A stretch of DNA of 64,000 nucleotides, taken from contig MU004182.1 of assembly GCA_010093605.1 (NCBI GenBank), positions 2,589,195 to 2,653,194 on the forward strand. The letters run 5' to 3'. Of the stretch, positions 47,080-57,975 are shown piece after piece (position 1 is the first letter of the stretch; every line of letters begins with the position of its first letter). The notes below the pieces were generated by a model. That model searched no databases and was not told the origin of the DNA. It worked only from the letters and a program-made list of their open reading frames with translations. The DNA is from Lophium mytilinum. Taxonomy: Eukaryota. Both the position numbers and the translations under genes were made by a program.

Positions 47080-48861
47080 TCAATCCGGCCCCGCCCTCAA
47101 CAACCTCTCCCTCAACGACGCGGCGCGCTCTCTCGCCCTCTGCCGTCCCCGCCCCTCACTCCTCCGCCGCTGCAAACACTCCAACGCCGGCTTCGCCCGC
47201 ACCCAATCCACCAACTCCTCCACATCCGACCCACACAGCGACTCACTTCCCGTGCCCGCATCGCTCGACTCGTGCCCATCGGCGCGTGGGCGCGAGATCC
47301 GCCGCAGCGTGCCCCCCTTCCGCCTCTCCGCACGCGGGAGCGGCTGCCGACGAATCGTGTTCTCCGAATCCGTATCCTCCTCCTCCTCTTCCCCAGAATC
47401 TGACCCCGAGTTCGATGTATTCGTATCCACGTCGCCGTCGCCGGCGTCCCGCTCCGCGTCCTCGTCGTCGAGATCCAGCTTGAACACGACGCTGACTTCG
47501 TCGTCGTCGAGGTCTGGGCTCGGCGCTTCGGGAGCCTCGTTCGCCGCCTGCTCGCCCGGCTGCAGCGTCTCGAGCTCGCGCGCGAGGTCCCAGAGCTTGG
47601 ATTTGAGGGCGTGGTAGAAGGCGTCCTGGGCGGGGTTGAGCGGGGGTGGCGGGTTGCTTGGGCGGCGGTGGGGGAGGGGGAGGAGGGCGGAGAGGTGGCC
47701 TTGGGGGTGGGCGTGTGGGTGAACTTCGATGCGGGTAGTGGGTTTTGGGGGGTTAGGGGGGAACTTGGGCGCGGGGAGGTTGTTGAAGCTTGTGAAGCGG
47801 CGGGCGGTGCGGCGAGTGGTGGTGGTCTGATGGTTCTCGTGGTCTGAGGCGGTGAGTTGATGCTCGGGGTGGGTGCGGAGGGGGTAGGTGCGCGCGCGGA
47901 CGTGGCGCTTTATGTTGCCGTCGAGGGGGTAGGAGGGGATGGTGGATTGGTCGAAGAGGAGGGGTTTGAGAGAGGGTTCGGGGGGGATGGAGGGGTATGA
48001 TTGGGGCGATTCTTCTGTGTTTCGTAAGGCGTAGATCTCGTGAGAGTCTCTATGCGGTTTGCGTACGAGATGGTAGTCTTCGTCCTCGGATTCCCAGTAG
48101 TCGCTCCCAGAGCAGCCTTCACTGGTGAGGTTGTCGAGGACGTCTTGGACGCCGGTTGTGATAACTTTGGCAGGGTGACATGGGTGGTCTGGTTGTTGGT
48201 GTTTGCGCGAAGGCCTTGGCTTCTTACGTTTGTGTCCACATGGCGAGCTCTCTGAGTCTGAGGGTTCGCTTCCAGAGCAGCCTGTTGGTGTGAGGTTGTC
48301 GAGGACATTTTGGACGCGGTTTGTCATGATGTTTCCAGAATGACAGGCTCCGTCTACTTGTGCAGATTCGCCTGATTTAGGGGTACGTTGTTTTGATCTG
48401 CCTCTCCTTACATATTCGCTAGTAGTCGACGCGTCTGTGCTGTCCGTACTCAGGCCGTTGAGGTTGATTTCGAGGTATGAATCGTCCTCATCGTTGCTGG
48501 CACTCCTATTCTGCCCCTTCTGCACGACAGCTTCGCTGAGTTGTTCGTAGTCATCGAGCTTGTCGGCATCAGACAAGGGTTGATGAGAGTCGTGTCGTAT
48601 GCTACGAGGCGTTTGGGAATGTTCTGCCCGCGTACTAGCGAGAACGTCGTGGAGCGTAGTGTAGGTGGTGGGGATATTGTAACGACTTAGTGCGAGGTCG
48701 CTTGGCACATCAGGAAGACTGGCTTTAATGATTTGCGAAGGATCTGAATAGAGACCATCCTAATCCCAGAGTCAGTCATACTTAGCTCAGACCGAGTAGT
48801 CATTCAGATAGTGCGTCTGGGGAGGCTGAATAGGAAGTCTTACTCCCACTTGCGACCCCAT
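47080..48861 (-). CDS. Hypothetical low-complexity protein (intron 48843-48760)
   Basis: 542-codon open frame extended by an ATG exon MGSQVG|GTAAGA...TTAG; internal duplicated VQxVLDNLTxxGCSGS motif. Confidence 0.65.
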
Positions 48862-50490
48862 GGTGCCTAGAACAGATACAACTCCTGCAGAATCTGATCT
48901 CCTTTCGATTTGGAGGTTGAAGGTGCGGTTAGGAGATTTCAGAGGTTGGCGTGAGGTGAAGACGTCGGTGCTTCGAGGTTACACAAAGCTGATTGCTTGC
49001 CGTATCAGCTGATTGGAAAGTCGACGTCCGGTGATAGGTATTAGGGGTGCAAAGGCTTCAAAAACATGCAGACAAACCCAGGTGCGCAGTATAGAATGTT
49101 GGGATAAGAAAAGATGCAGAAGAGCAACGGAGCGTATGGTGATTAGAGATATATGAGGTCGCGTGAACACAGCCGAGCGTATTTACCCACCCAGCAGCCA
49201 TGCAAAACTCAGAGCAGGCACGCATAACGCCAGATGACGATGCATGATGGCGCAGTTGCCGTTGGCAGGCCACGCAGCCTCCCGAGGTCCTCACCAGCCA
49301 AGGGTAGAGAACGTCGACAACTCCTCCCATGAAAGGCTTCTATTCGGCGACCACCCAGGGTACTAGACGGGCCGAGTCTGGCGTGCTAATGGCGGCATGC
49401 CGGTTGGCTAGCTCCCAACTTCGGCGTCCTCAGAATGTATGATGAATGCATGTTTTCTTTATCACTGGCGTCTTTCCGGTGGACTCGGCGTTCTCGGCCC
49501 TGCACTGGGGCATTTGTTATGGTCTCTCCACCATCGAGCACGGGCCAAACTATGGCGCTGCCGACTCCACTTTTGGCTTCGGCTGCCCCCGCACAACCTG
49601 TGCTACGGCCGGGAAACGGCACTACGGCCGCAATAGGCCGTAGTGCGCTGCCTTCGCCAGACCTCATCCCATCCAAGTTCAACACCAGGCATCGAACATA
49701 TATTTTGAGCATGGTTTACATCGCAAAGCTGCCATAGAGCCTTTCGGAGGACTACCACTCTCTTGTTTTCCGCGCGTACGTACTGCGAGACTGCGACCCC
49801 AAGGAGGCCAACAAGGATATTTTTCAGAATGGCGAATTCCGGAGTACAAAGGGCATGTCGGGACAATTCCCACATTTTGCCTAGGCTTTCTATGCTGCTT
49901 TAAGGGACCTCGACGGCATTTAAAACTCTTTAGTAGCATACAGCATTTTTCCACAACATTTCTACCGCTATCGTCAGTGTAACGAAGGACTCAAATAGGG
50001 TAGACCATCACGTGACGTAAATCGACTTTAGTGGCATGCCACCATGTGGATGCAATTATCTCAGTACTGAAAGAATTTGGGCCTGTTCCATTGGTTCATG
50101 CCTCTGAGGAAGGATCTCCAAAGTGTGAATGGATTCTCGTCTAAGCGTCAGAGTGAACCTTGAAATCCTCGAAAACCTTGACGACCTTTCTAGACTTTAC
50201 ACCCAATAGGCTTCGTTACCATGTTTTCATAGCATTGGCATAGGGCGAACCTGGAAAACGACAGCGCGACACACACATGAAGATTACACGGCTCTCTTAC
50301 ACCTCGATCGCTGTTCCATACTCTCAACGAAACTTATACAGCCCGGACTTCATGCCCTCGACGAAGATCTCGTAACACACAATCCGCGACTCGGAAGAGA
50401 ACTCCAACGCACAGTGCTGCTCTCGAACCGCACCGCAACTTCCCTCTCAAATACACACACACGTCTAAACTTCCGATACACTCCGCCACT

Positions 50491-51009
50491 ATGTCTACTC
50501 CATCAGGACGACACCACTGTACCTCCACCCAAACCCCCCTACGAGAAGAATGCACCAAGCTTACCTCCGCAACTGCTGTCTCCATCGAGCCCACCCTCGC
50601 AAGCGCCCGGCAGCTGCTAAGACGCGAAGCCGCGCAGACCATCGAACAGGACCGCTTGCCGAAGCGCACGCAGGAGATGCAGCACCGGGAGCACGAAAAG
50701 AAGGCGTATTACGAAGCTCGGTACCGCACGCTAAGTATGCGGAATTGGAATTATCGGAGGAACTATGATGTGGCGATGAGGGAGGCGAGGGAGGGGAAGA
50801 GGGTGGAAAAGAGGGTATTGATTGGGTTAGAGGCAATGGGAGATACGGGTGCTGTCAAGAAGAAGAAGAAGAAGGTGACAGTGGGGAAGTGCACGGTTAG
50901 GAGGTCTGAGAGGCTAAGGTTGAAACTGAAGGAGGAGACGGGAAGGGCTAGAGTGGAGAGGGGGGATTCGGGGCGGACGATGCGTCTGAGAGATGGGATT
51001 GGAGATTGA
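50491..51009 (+). CDS. Small basic hypothetical protein
   Basis: 172 aa ATG ORF, K/R-rich with a KKKKKK tract; no recognisable domain. Confidence 0.45.
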   Translation: MSTPSGRHHCTSTQTPLREECTKLTSATAVSIEPTLASARQLLRREAAQTIEQDRLPKRTQEMQHREHEKKAYYEARYRTLSMRNWNYRRNYDVAMREAREGKRVEKRVLIGLEAMGDTGAVKKKKKKVTVGKCTVRRSERLRLKLKEETGRARVERGDSGRTMRLRDGIGD

Positions 51010-51291
51010 GGGTATGCTGAGCCCAGCGGCAAAGATGATGGGGTTGGACGTTGGATTGAATGTTGTGAAGATGAATAGACTTGGTATATAAAGAATACGG
51101 TGTAGGATTCGCTGCTCAGACAGTGTCTACAGTATGCCAATACGCCGTACATGATCGAATTCGAAATGCGAGATTTTGAATCGTGTATGAAAAATGCTAT
51201 ATTTGCGCACTTGTTACCAGTGCCATGAGTCCACAAGTCCATTCCGCGGAACCTAGAAGTGATGCCAGTTCTACCGCTCCAAGACTAAAAC

Positions 51292-52576
51292 CTAGTCCTG
51301 AAAGACCATGACGCCTCTATCATAAAGGCCTGTGACCAACCCAATACCCCTAGTAGTGTCTCTCATCACCGTGCTAGCTGTCATAATGTCGACGCCGCGG
51401 TACAAAGTCTTCATACCACCCTCCTCGCTCCATTCGCCGAGCCAGCTCGGCGCTCGCACCTTGCAGACATCGGTACCCTGTCCCTCTGGAGAATTGCACC
51501 AGATTCTCGAAATAGCGACCTTCATCATACTCGGGACATGCATATGCGCAGCGATGAGAAGCTTCCCATTGCCATCAACCGAGAGATTGTCCGGAGATCC
51601 TTCTGGAACGGTGATAGACTTCAAAAACGCCAAGTCGCGGGACTCGGTCACGTTGTACAGCCTCACGCTTTCCGTAGAAGACGAAGATACAGCGAGGGTG
51701 GTCTCGTTAAGGAATTTGATGCCGTTCGCCATCGGAACCCGAGCGACCGTCCTGGTAATGTTCTTCGCGAGGTTGATGTGCACTACGCTTCCGCCAGGAA
51801 TGCCGACGTAGGTTTCCATTTTCGCTAGGACGGGGTTGAATCGCACTCTGAAGTGGTGGTCATTCGAGACGAAGATTTCGGCCTCGTTGATGGCGACGAT
51901 GGCGTTTGGTGTTGGCAGAAGTGGGTGCTTCAGAGTGCCGACGTGGGTCGCTATGGCATCCGAGATTGAGAGTTGGAATATCTCGACGGCGGAGCCGCTT
52001 CTGGCGTGATTGACAACGTAAAGGGTGGACGTTGGCGCGTAGTACTCGATGCCGAGAGGATGAAAGTCTGTCTCGCTGGATGGGAAATTGGAGAACGTTA
52101 TGCGCTTCAGCGCCTCGTCGTCGGAAAGATCCGTATTCGAGTAGTCGTAAAGGTAGAGTCCGCCGGAAACCCCGGCTTCTATATTGAAGTATCCCAAAAC
52201 TGTGTTCCAGCTATCCCTCCCAGCGTCGCAGCTCAGGATTGCCAATCCCATTGCCTCGTCCATGAGCCCATCCTCGCAGTTTCTTATACTATGGGTGAGC
52301 CTGCTCTCCTGCGACTTGAATGTTGAAAGCGGTGTTATCTTGTGGGGTGCATTGGTGATCATATGGGAGAGGGCTATTATGCGGCCGTAGAGCCATGGGG
52401 CGGCGATGGAAAGGAGTATGGTAGTCTACGTCTAGAGTTAGCTTTCGATGTATAAGAGTACGTTCAGTCCCCCTCCCTAGACTCTTCCTTGGAGGGCATG
52501 GACCCGCCTGGCCCTGGAGTCTTGAGGTGAGACGATAGCGAAATAGACTCACAATACCTGCTGTTTTGATGTACAT
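51292..52576 (-). CDS. Paraoxonase/arylesterase-like six-bladed beta-propeller hydrolase
   Basis: N-terminal anchor MYIKTAGI|TTILLSIAAPW after splicing; NCED, FHPLGI, PNAI, SNDH, ANGI and PDNLSVD Ca-binding motifs. Confidence 0.88.
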
Positions 52577-53961
52577 GTTGAAAGTTAGATGGATGACAGT
52601 CTCCAAGCTCAGGTAGAGGAAGAGACCGGAAGCTGGTTTCAAGGGGGTTCAAGGGCAGAATGATGTCTTGGAGAAGTTTTGATTGTGAAGTACATAATGT
52701 AAGGCTGACTGTATTGATAGCCGTCGCCTTGGTCAGCTTTGGGATTGCAATGCAATAATAACTACTGTTTGTGTTGTGTACCCCGCGGTTTTGAACGCTA
52801 TACGCCTCCACAGGGGGCATGAGAAAGGTGGCACTCTGTTCTACATGGGTGTGTGCCCTTGTATGCCATCACCGAGGGTGCTTAAAAGCATTTCGGAAAT
52901 CCAATATAGAGTAGAAGTTCGTCCCTCTAGGCCCTGGTGTCGCGCTGAGGTGTTTCAAACGACGGTAGAAAGGTGCACATAAGGGATCGCGTGAAGCGTG
53001 GCAGTTAGGTGTTAATAGAAAATGGCAGTAAAGTATCCACACACTATTTATATTTATATGCTTACTATGGTACCTAGGTACGCTCGTTTAGCGCCGCTTG
53101 AGGTCCCATAGCATGCTATTGTTGTGCATGAACTACCAGTTTTGGCAAGCCTGACAGCGCTCTGGGCCACCTCAAACGGTGCTGAACCGCTAGAGTGGGC
53201 CCTTTCCCCAACCTAGGTATGCAGTGTGTCGATATTTAGATGAGGCCAATGAGAGTTGGCCATTCTACCCGATCTTTTTCAGAACTATGTCTGCGCACCT
53301 TGTACATCCTACCAATCCATTTATAGCATCTTTAGCTATCCGTCATCGGCATGTCTACGATATAGATTCGCAAACAGCGATTGATGTCTTCTTCTCCTCT
53401 TGGTCTCCGCTAGTCTTTGAGGCAAGTGAGCTCGAAAAAGGCGGAAAGGGCGCATATGAGCGCATATCAGAGGCAGAGCCTTATCGGGCCACATAGCCTA
53501 TGTTTTGATATCTTTGTCCCTTATATAAGCACCAATTGCGAGGTTGCCTACGTAAAGTCTAGCCAATCACAAGGCATATTTATCAACGTCGTTGCCCCTA
53601 GTAGCGGCGCCATATAGACTTCCTCACCCCAACATCACTCCCACACTCATCTCAGCCCTTCCTAGGCGCACGAATAGACAACCATTATTGTTCACCGTAC
53701 CACGGGTGACTCTTCACTTAGAGGTAAGAGATGATGAGTCACGCAAGTCATTCTTTTCTAGCTGCGAGGTGCCGGCCGTTGTTGCCTGAAGTACACCGCT
53801 CTTCCTATATTTGCTTGCTATTTCCGCCTTCCAAAAGGCAAACACCAGTCCTTCATCGGCTGGCCCAATTTCACTTCACTCTAATCACATCAGTCTTTCC
53901 TTCAGTCATTTCCCTAGTCTCATTCGCTTCACTTCATCAACACGCTCACACCACACCCGTT

Positions 53962-56436
53962 ATGGCATCCAACGACACTGCCACGAACGCGAAAGCGACG
54001 AGCGACAATGACGACAAGAAGCCCACCCATTCTATCCTGAATTCTACGTTCCCGGTCTACCTGCCCCCGTGTGAGGCTCTATTCCTTCCAGAATATGAGT
54101 TTCAGGCGTACGTCAAGGCCCAACTAGCCACCCCCGGCGTTCCTGCTGCTCCCAGCGATGAGCTCCCCGACCGCACACGCGAGACAAAACCGACCGAGGA
54201 AGCACCTAAGGACACCCCCGCCGCTGCTATAGAGCCGGAGCCGAAGTCTGCGTTCATGGATGCGGTCCTCAACAGCTCTTCACGCCAATACTCTGAGGAG
54301 GAGCTAGAGAAGGACAACAAGAAGCTCACCGAGAATGCGGACGTAGCTCACATCTCCACTAAGTCTGCCCTAGTCGACCTCTTCTACGAGTTGGAGGAGT
54401 CTATCAGAGATAATCGACTTGTAGAAGTCTTGGATGCTGCGTGGGAGGAAGACCCGCTCTCTACGGTGAAAATCATCTTCAATGCTCGATCCATACACCT
54501 GGGCAAGAGCAGTCGCCTAGTCACTTATCGCGCTTTCGGTTGGCTGGCCGAGAAGCACCCGCAGACTCTGGTGGCCAACTTGCGGTGGTTGACTAGGCCC
54601 ATCATCCAGAAGAAGGTCAAGAAGGAAGAAGACAACTCCGCGGAGAAGAAGGCCTTGAAGGGTGAGGACGACGATATGGTCATGATCGAGGCTGGTGACA
54701 CTCAGGAGGGGTTCGAAGACGTTAAGAGCGAGTCAGTCCCCTCCGAAAAGAGCCATGATGTGAAGTATGGCGTCTCGCATGGATACTGGAAGGATTTGCT
54801 CAATCTTGTTGTGCTTGCTGCAAATGATCAGCTCAAAGCGAAGAGCAACCCGTCGTCCGTTCTTGACACCCACCCGGACCAGTCGAAGGGCGCCAAGAGG
54901 AAGCGAGTGTGGGACCCGAAGGCCGCCAAAGAGCTCAGGGAAAAGGCGAAGAAAGAGCAACATGACAGGATCTTGAAGAAGTTCGAAGAAGAACCCTTCT
55001 ATCGTGTGCTCCACGTGGCCGTCGCTCGCCTGTTTGCCACTCAGCTCAAGGAAGATAAGCAGTACCTGAGCTCGGATAAGAAAGCGGACCTCAAGAAGAT
55101 CTCACTGGCAGCGAAGTGGGCTCCAAGCTTCTCCGAGTTTCACGATAAGAATACCTTCATCGTCTCCTCTATCGCCGAGATACTATACCCAGACGCCTCT
55201 ATCATCTGCCCCGACGTGTCGAAGAATGACCGCGAGCTGTACCTCCGCCACGCACGAGAGCAATACCGCCGGATGACCGTCTCTCCTCTACGTAAGATCC
55301 TCGAAGTAGTCGAACGAGACATCGTGGCCGAGAAGTTCGCCAACATCAAGTACGAGCGTGTCCCTTCCCTCGCCATGCACCGCTACCAGACCCTCTTCGT
55401 GAAAAAGGACGAATCCCACTTCATGGAGTATCTTGATAAGGTCACAACCGGGTCTAAACAGATCTCAGGTGCAATTCTACTTCCATCTACGCTAGTCAGT
55501 AGTGTTGGCAACGGCTCTATCAATTTGGGCGGGCAGAAAGGTAACAAGAAGAACCCCCTCGCCGCCGCGCTGGCTGTCGCAAAATCAAAGGTCGCCGAAG
55601 GCCAGTGGAACACCCTCGTCCAGCGCATCCGCGACTCCGGCACGATCGAGTCCTCTATTGCCGTCTGCGATGTCAGCGGCTCAATGACTTATCCCAGGTT
55701 CAAGGACGGAACCACCCCCATGGATTCCGCCATTGGCCTCGCACTCTTGCTTGCCGAGATCGTCGAACCACCTTTCGGCGGCGCCTTCATCACCTTTTCT
55801 GCGAATCCCACCGTCGTCAAAGTCGGCGGCAAGAAGGACACGCGCTCTTTCGCGGAAAAGGTCGACGCTGTCCGCGCCGCCGAGTGGGGCATGAACACCG
55901 ATTTCGTCGCCGTCTTCGAGCGCCTCATCCTCCCGCTTGCTATCGAGAAGAAGCTCAAGCAGGAAGACATGGTCAAGCAGGTCTTCGTCTTTAGCGATAT
56001 GCAGTTCGATGCCGCGGAGACGGCTGCAGACCGCTGGACGACTAGCTTCGAGCGCGTCAAGGGCAAGTTCACGGAGGCAGGGTATGAGATGCCGAAGCTC
56101 ATCTTCTGGAACCTGGCTGGGGCTCAAAGCGAGTATAACGGGTACGAGTCTCCGGGTGAATCTGATGAAGTTGCACCGAAGCCGATTTTGGCGGAAGATG
56201 TGGGGGTTGCGCTGGTGAGTGGGTACAGCCAGGGGCAGATGAAGATGTTCCTTGAGAACGGCCAGTTTGAAGACGAGGAGGTGGAGGAGGAGGTCGTTAC
56301 CCAGGACATCAAGGGGGAGGATGCGGATGACGTGGTGGATGTGAAGAAGACGAAGAAGGTGAAGATGGACCCGTTGTTGATCGTGAAAAAGGCGATCAGC
56401 CACACGGCGTACTCCATGCTGAAGGTGGTTGACTAA
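53962..56436 (+). CDS. DUF2828-family protein (helical TROVE-like region + C-terminal vWA), intronless
   Basis: LVDLFYEL, IIFNARSIHLGK, HGYWKDLLN, SLAAKWAPS, YERVPSLAM; vWA MIDAS VCDVSGSM; WGMNTDF, FVFSDMQFD, LIFWNL. Confidence 0.88.
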   Translation: MASNDTATNAKATSDNDDKKPTHSILNSTFPVYLPPCEALFLPEYEFQAYVKAQLATPGVPAAPSDELPDRTRETKPTEEAPKDTPAAAIEPEPKSAFMDAVLNSSSRQYSEEELEKDNKKLTENADVAHISTKSALVDLFYELEESIRDNRLVEVLDAAWEEDPLSTVKIIFNARSIHLGKSSRLVTYRAFGWLAEKHPQTLVANLRWLTRPIIQKKVKKEEDNSAEKKALKGEDDDMVMIEAGDTQEGFEDVKSESVPSEKSHDVKYGVSHGYWKDLLNLVVLAANDQLKAKSNPSSVLDTHPDQSKGAKRKRVWDPKAAKELREKAKKEQHDRILKKFEEEPFYRVLHVAVARLFATQLKEDKQYLSSDKKADLKKISLAAKWAPSFSEFHDKNTFIVSSIAEILYPDASIICPDVSKNDRELYLRHAREQYRRMTVSPLRKILEVVERDIVAEKFANIKYERVPSLAMHRYQTLFVKKDESHFMEYLDKVTTGSKQISGAILLPSTLVSSVGNGSINLGGQKGNKKNPLAAALAVAKSKVAEGQWNTLVQRIRDSGTIESSIAVCDVSGSMTYPRFKDGTTPMDSAIGLALLLAEIVEPPFGGAFITFSANPTVVKVGGKKDTRSFAEKVDAVRAAEWGMNTDFVAVFERLILPLAIEKKLKQEDMVKQVFVFSDMQFDAAETAADRWTTSFERVKGKFTEAGYEMPKLIFWNLAGAQSEYNGYESPGESDEVAPKPILAEDVGVALVSGYSQGQMKMFLENGQFEDEEVEEEVVTQDIKGEDADDVVDVKKTKKVKMDPLLIVKKAISHTAYSMLKVVD

Positions 56437-56710
56437 TATGATGGTAAGTATGGGGGATTCTGGTGATTTGGGATAGTCCTAACGAGGTTTGGGCCACTCT
56501 TTGCGAAGATACAGGTACATTATTCACGGTTGTGGGGTTCTTTCTTTCATTATCATAGGCTGGTATCATATGATAAGTTGAGGTTCTTTTGACTATTGAG
56601 ACGAGCAGTTGCCTGTGCTGGTGCGTCTTGCGTTCACACTAAGTCGTGGGCAGGCCATAAGTTTGGGCACATCGATACTACTGCCTGAGCGCCGCTTTTG
56701 CAGGCTGGAT

Positions 56711-56837
56711 GCCACTGCCAGGAGCAGCCCCGTTGCGAGGATACCCGCTAGTCAAGAGGAAGCTGGGATTACGCTGTCTAGAAATTGACATGACACCTAC
56801 AATGTGGTCACCACACGGGGCCACCCCTAGCAGTGGC
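56711..56837 (-). ncRNA. Candidate structured RNA: 23-bp closing stem + three-hairpin (tRNA-like) junction
   Basis: On the minus strand 56837-56815 pairs with 56733-56711 at all 23 positions (4 G-U). Inner hairpins are TGAC(C)AC/GTGTCA, GTCAA/TTGAC and GCGGG/CTCGC. Expression is not shown. Confidence 0.4.
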
Positions 56838-57433
56838 AAAGGAGTGTGCACAGAGTTATGGCCTGTCACTGTAGGCCGGCATCCTGAACGAGTGTCAGCG
56901 TAGTCTTCTCCCGACAGGCATTGCAAAGCCTACTAGGAGGAGTTGGGGTTTCCATTGGGTGCCGTACTTCCTAAGACTTCTCCCAGCCGGCCCATCGGTG
57001 CAGCCGCTGAAGTTCTCGCTGCATGCGGGTGTCGTGGTCTCGAAGCCGCTGGAATTTTCGCTGCAGGCGGATGTCGTGGTCTTGCACATATACGAATATT
57101 CTTGCTGAAAGCGGATGTCGTGGTCGTGCGGAGGGGGGGTGGCCATGCACATGCTGCACATGCAACACACACACGAGATTGTGAGCGTTGACTTTGCTGG
57201 AGTTCTGCTCGACGGATTTGATGCGCTGGTTGAGGGAGTTGAAGGAGATTTGGATCATGATGCAGTATGCAATCAGAAGGAAGAAAGCTAGAAAAAGCAC
57301 AAGACCAGGAATTGAGCGAAGGAGTCGTCTAAGGGAGACGTTGTCGGCGAGATTATGACCGTGGTTTGCGGATTGGTGTCGTAGACATATGAGTGATAAA
57401 TAGGCACCTGTGAAGAGTCCATAAGGAAGGGTA

Positions 57434-57494
57434 AGATAGGATATAGAAGGATAGGATATGGAAGGGTAGGATATGAAGGGTAGGATATGCAAGG
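57434..57494. repeat. ~15-bp purine-rich minisatellite (G(A/G)TAGGATAT(A/G)GAAG)
   Basis: Four degenerate units visible directly. Confidence 0.8.
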
Positions 57495-57975
57495 TGGCTA
57501 GATACAGTTTTCGAGAAAGAAGATGGTTGCGAGATCCAGTGGCCGAAGCGACGAGCTCTCACTCGCTACGTCTAAATATCAGCACTGTACTGTTCAGCTC
57601 AATTGAATATAAAGTGGCAGTCCAATACCGTCAGAGGTACGATAGCCTGAAGAGCGATCAGCCGTGTCAATGTGTTCGTTTCACGGTGATTAAGAACGCG
57701 CTAGGGATCTCGAGCGGTGCTCAATAAGCAGAGAAATAAGATGTACATACCTCAAATCGATATCAGAAGCGCGCAACCGTAGACTGCCACTTTTTGTTCA
57801 AAGTAGCCTGACTGTGGATCCGCTTCGAATACAAACAGCTTTTCAGAAGACCATTCAATCAGGGGTCAGCAACAATTCAAATCGAATGTCAGCAGCCAAT
57901 ACGTATCCAGAAATATCAAACGCTATCATTCAATCGTGCAAAACATTAGGCCATTGCAAAGACAATACAGACCGG

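Noticed and set aside
49058..49954. Cluster of 65-108 aa ORFs
   Set aside because: No motif or coding bias; likely intergenic/UTR.
56727..56821. Functional tRNA-Arg(UCU) or amber suppressor explaining the GH92 TAG
   Set aside because: No GTTCRA T-loop/B box, abnormal D arm and no downstream poly-T terminator; at most tRNA-like.
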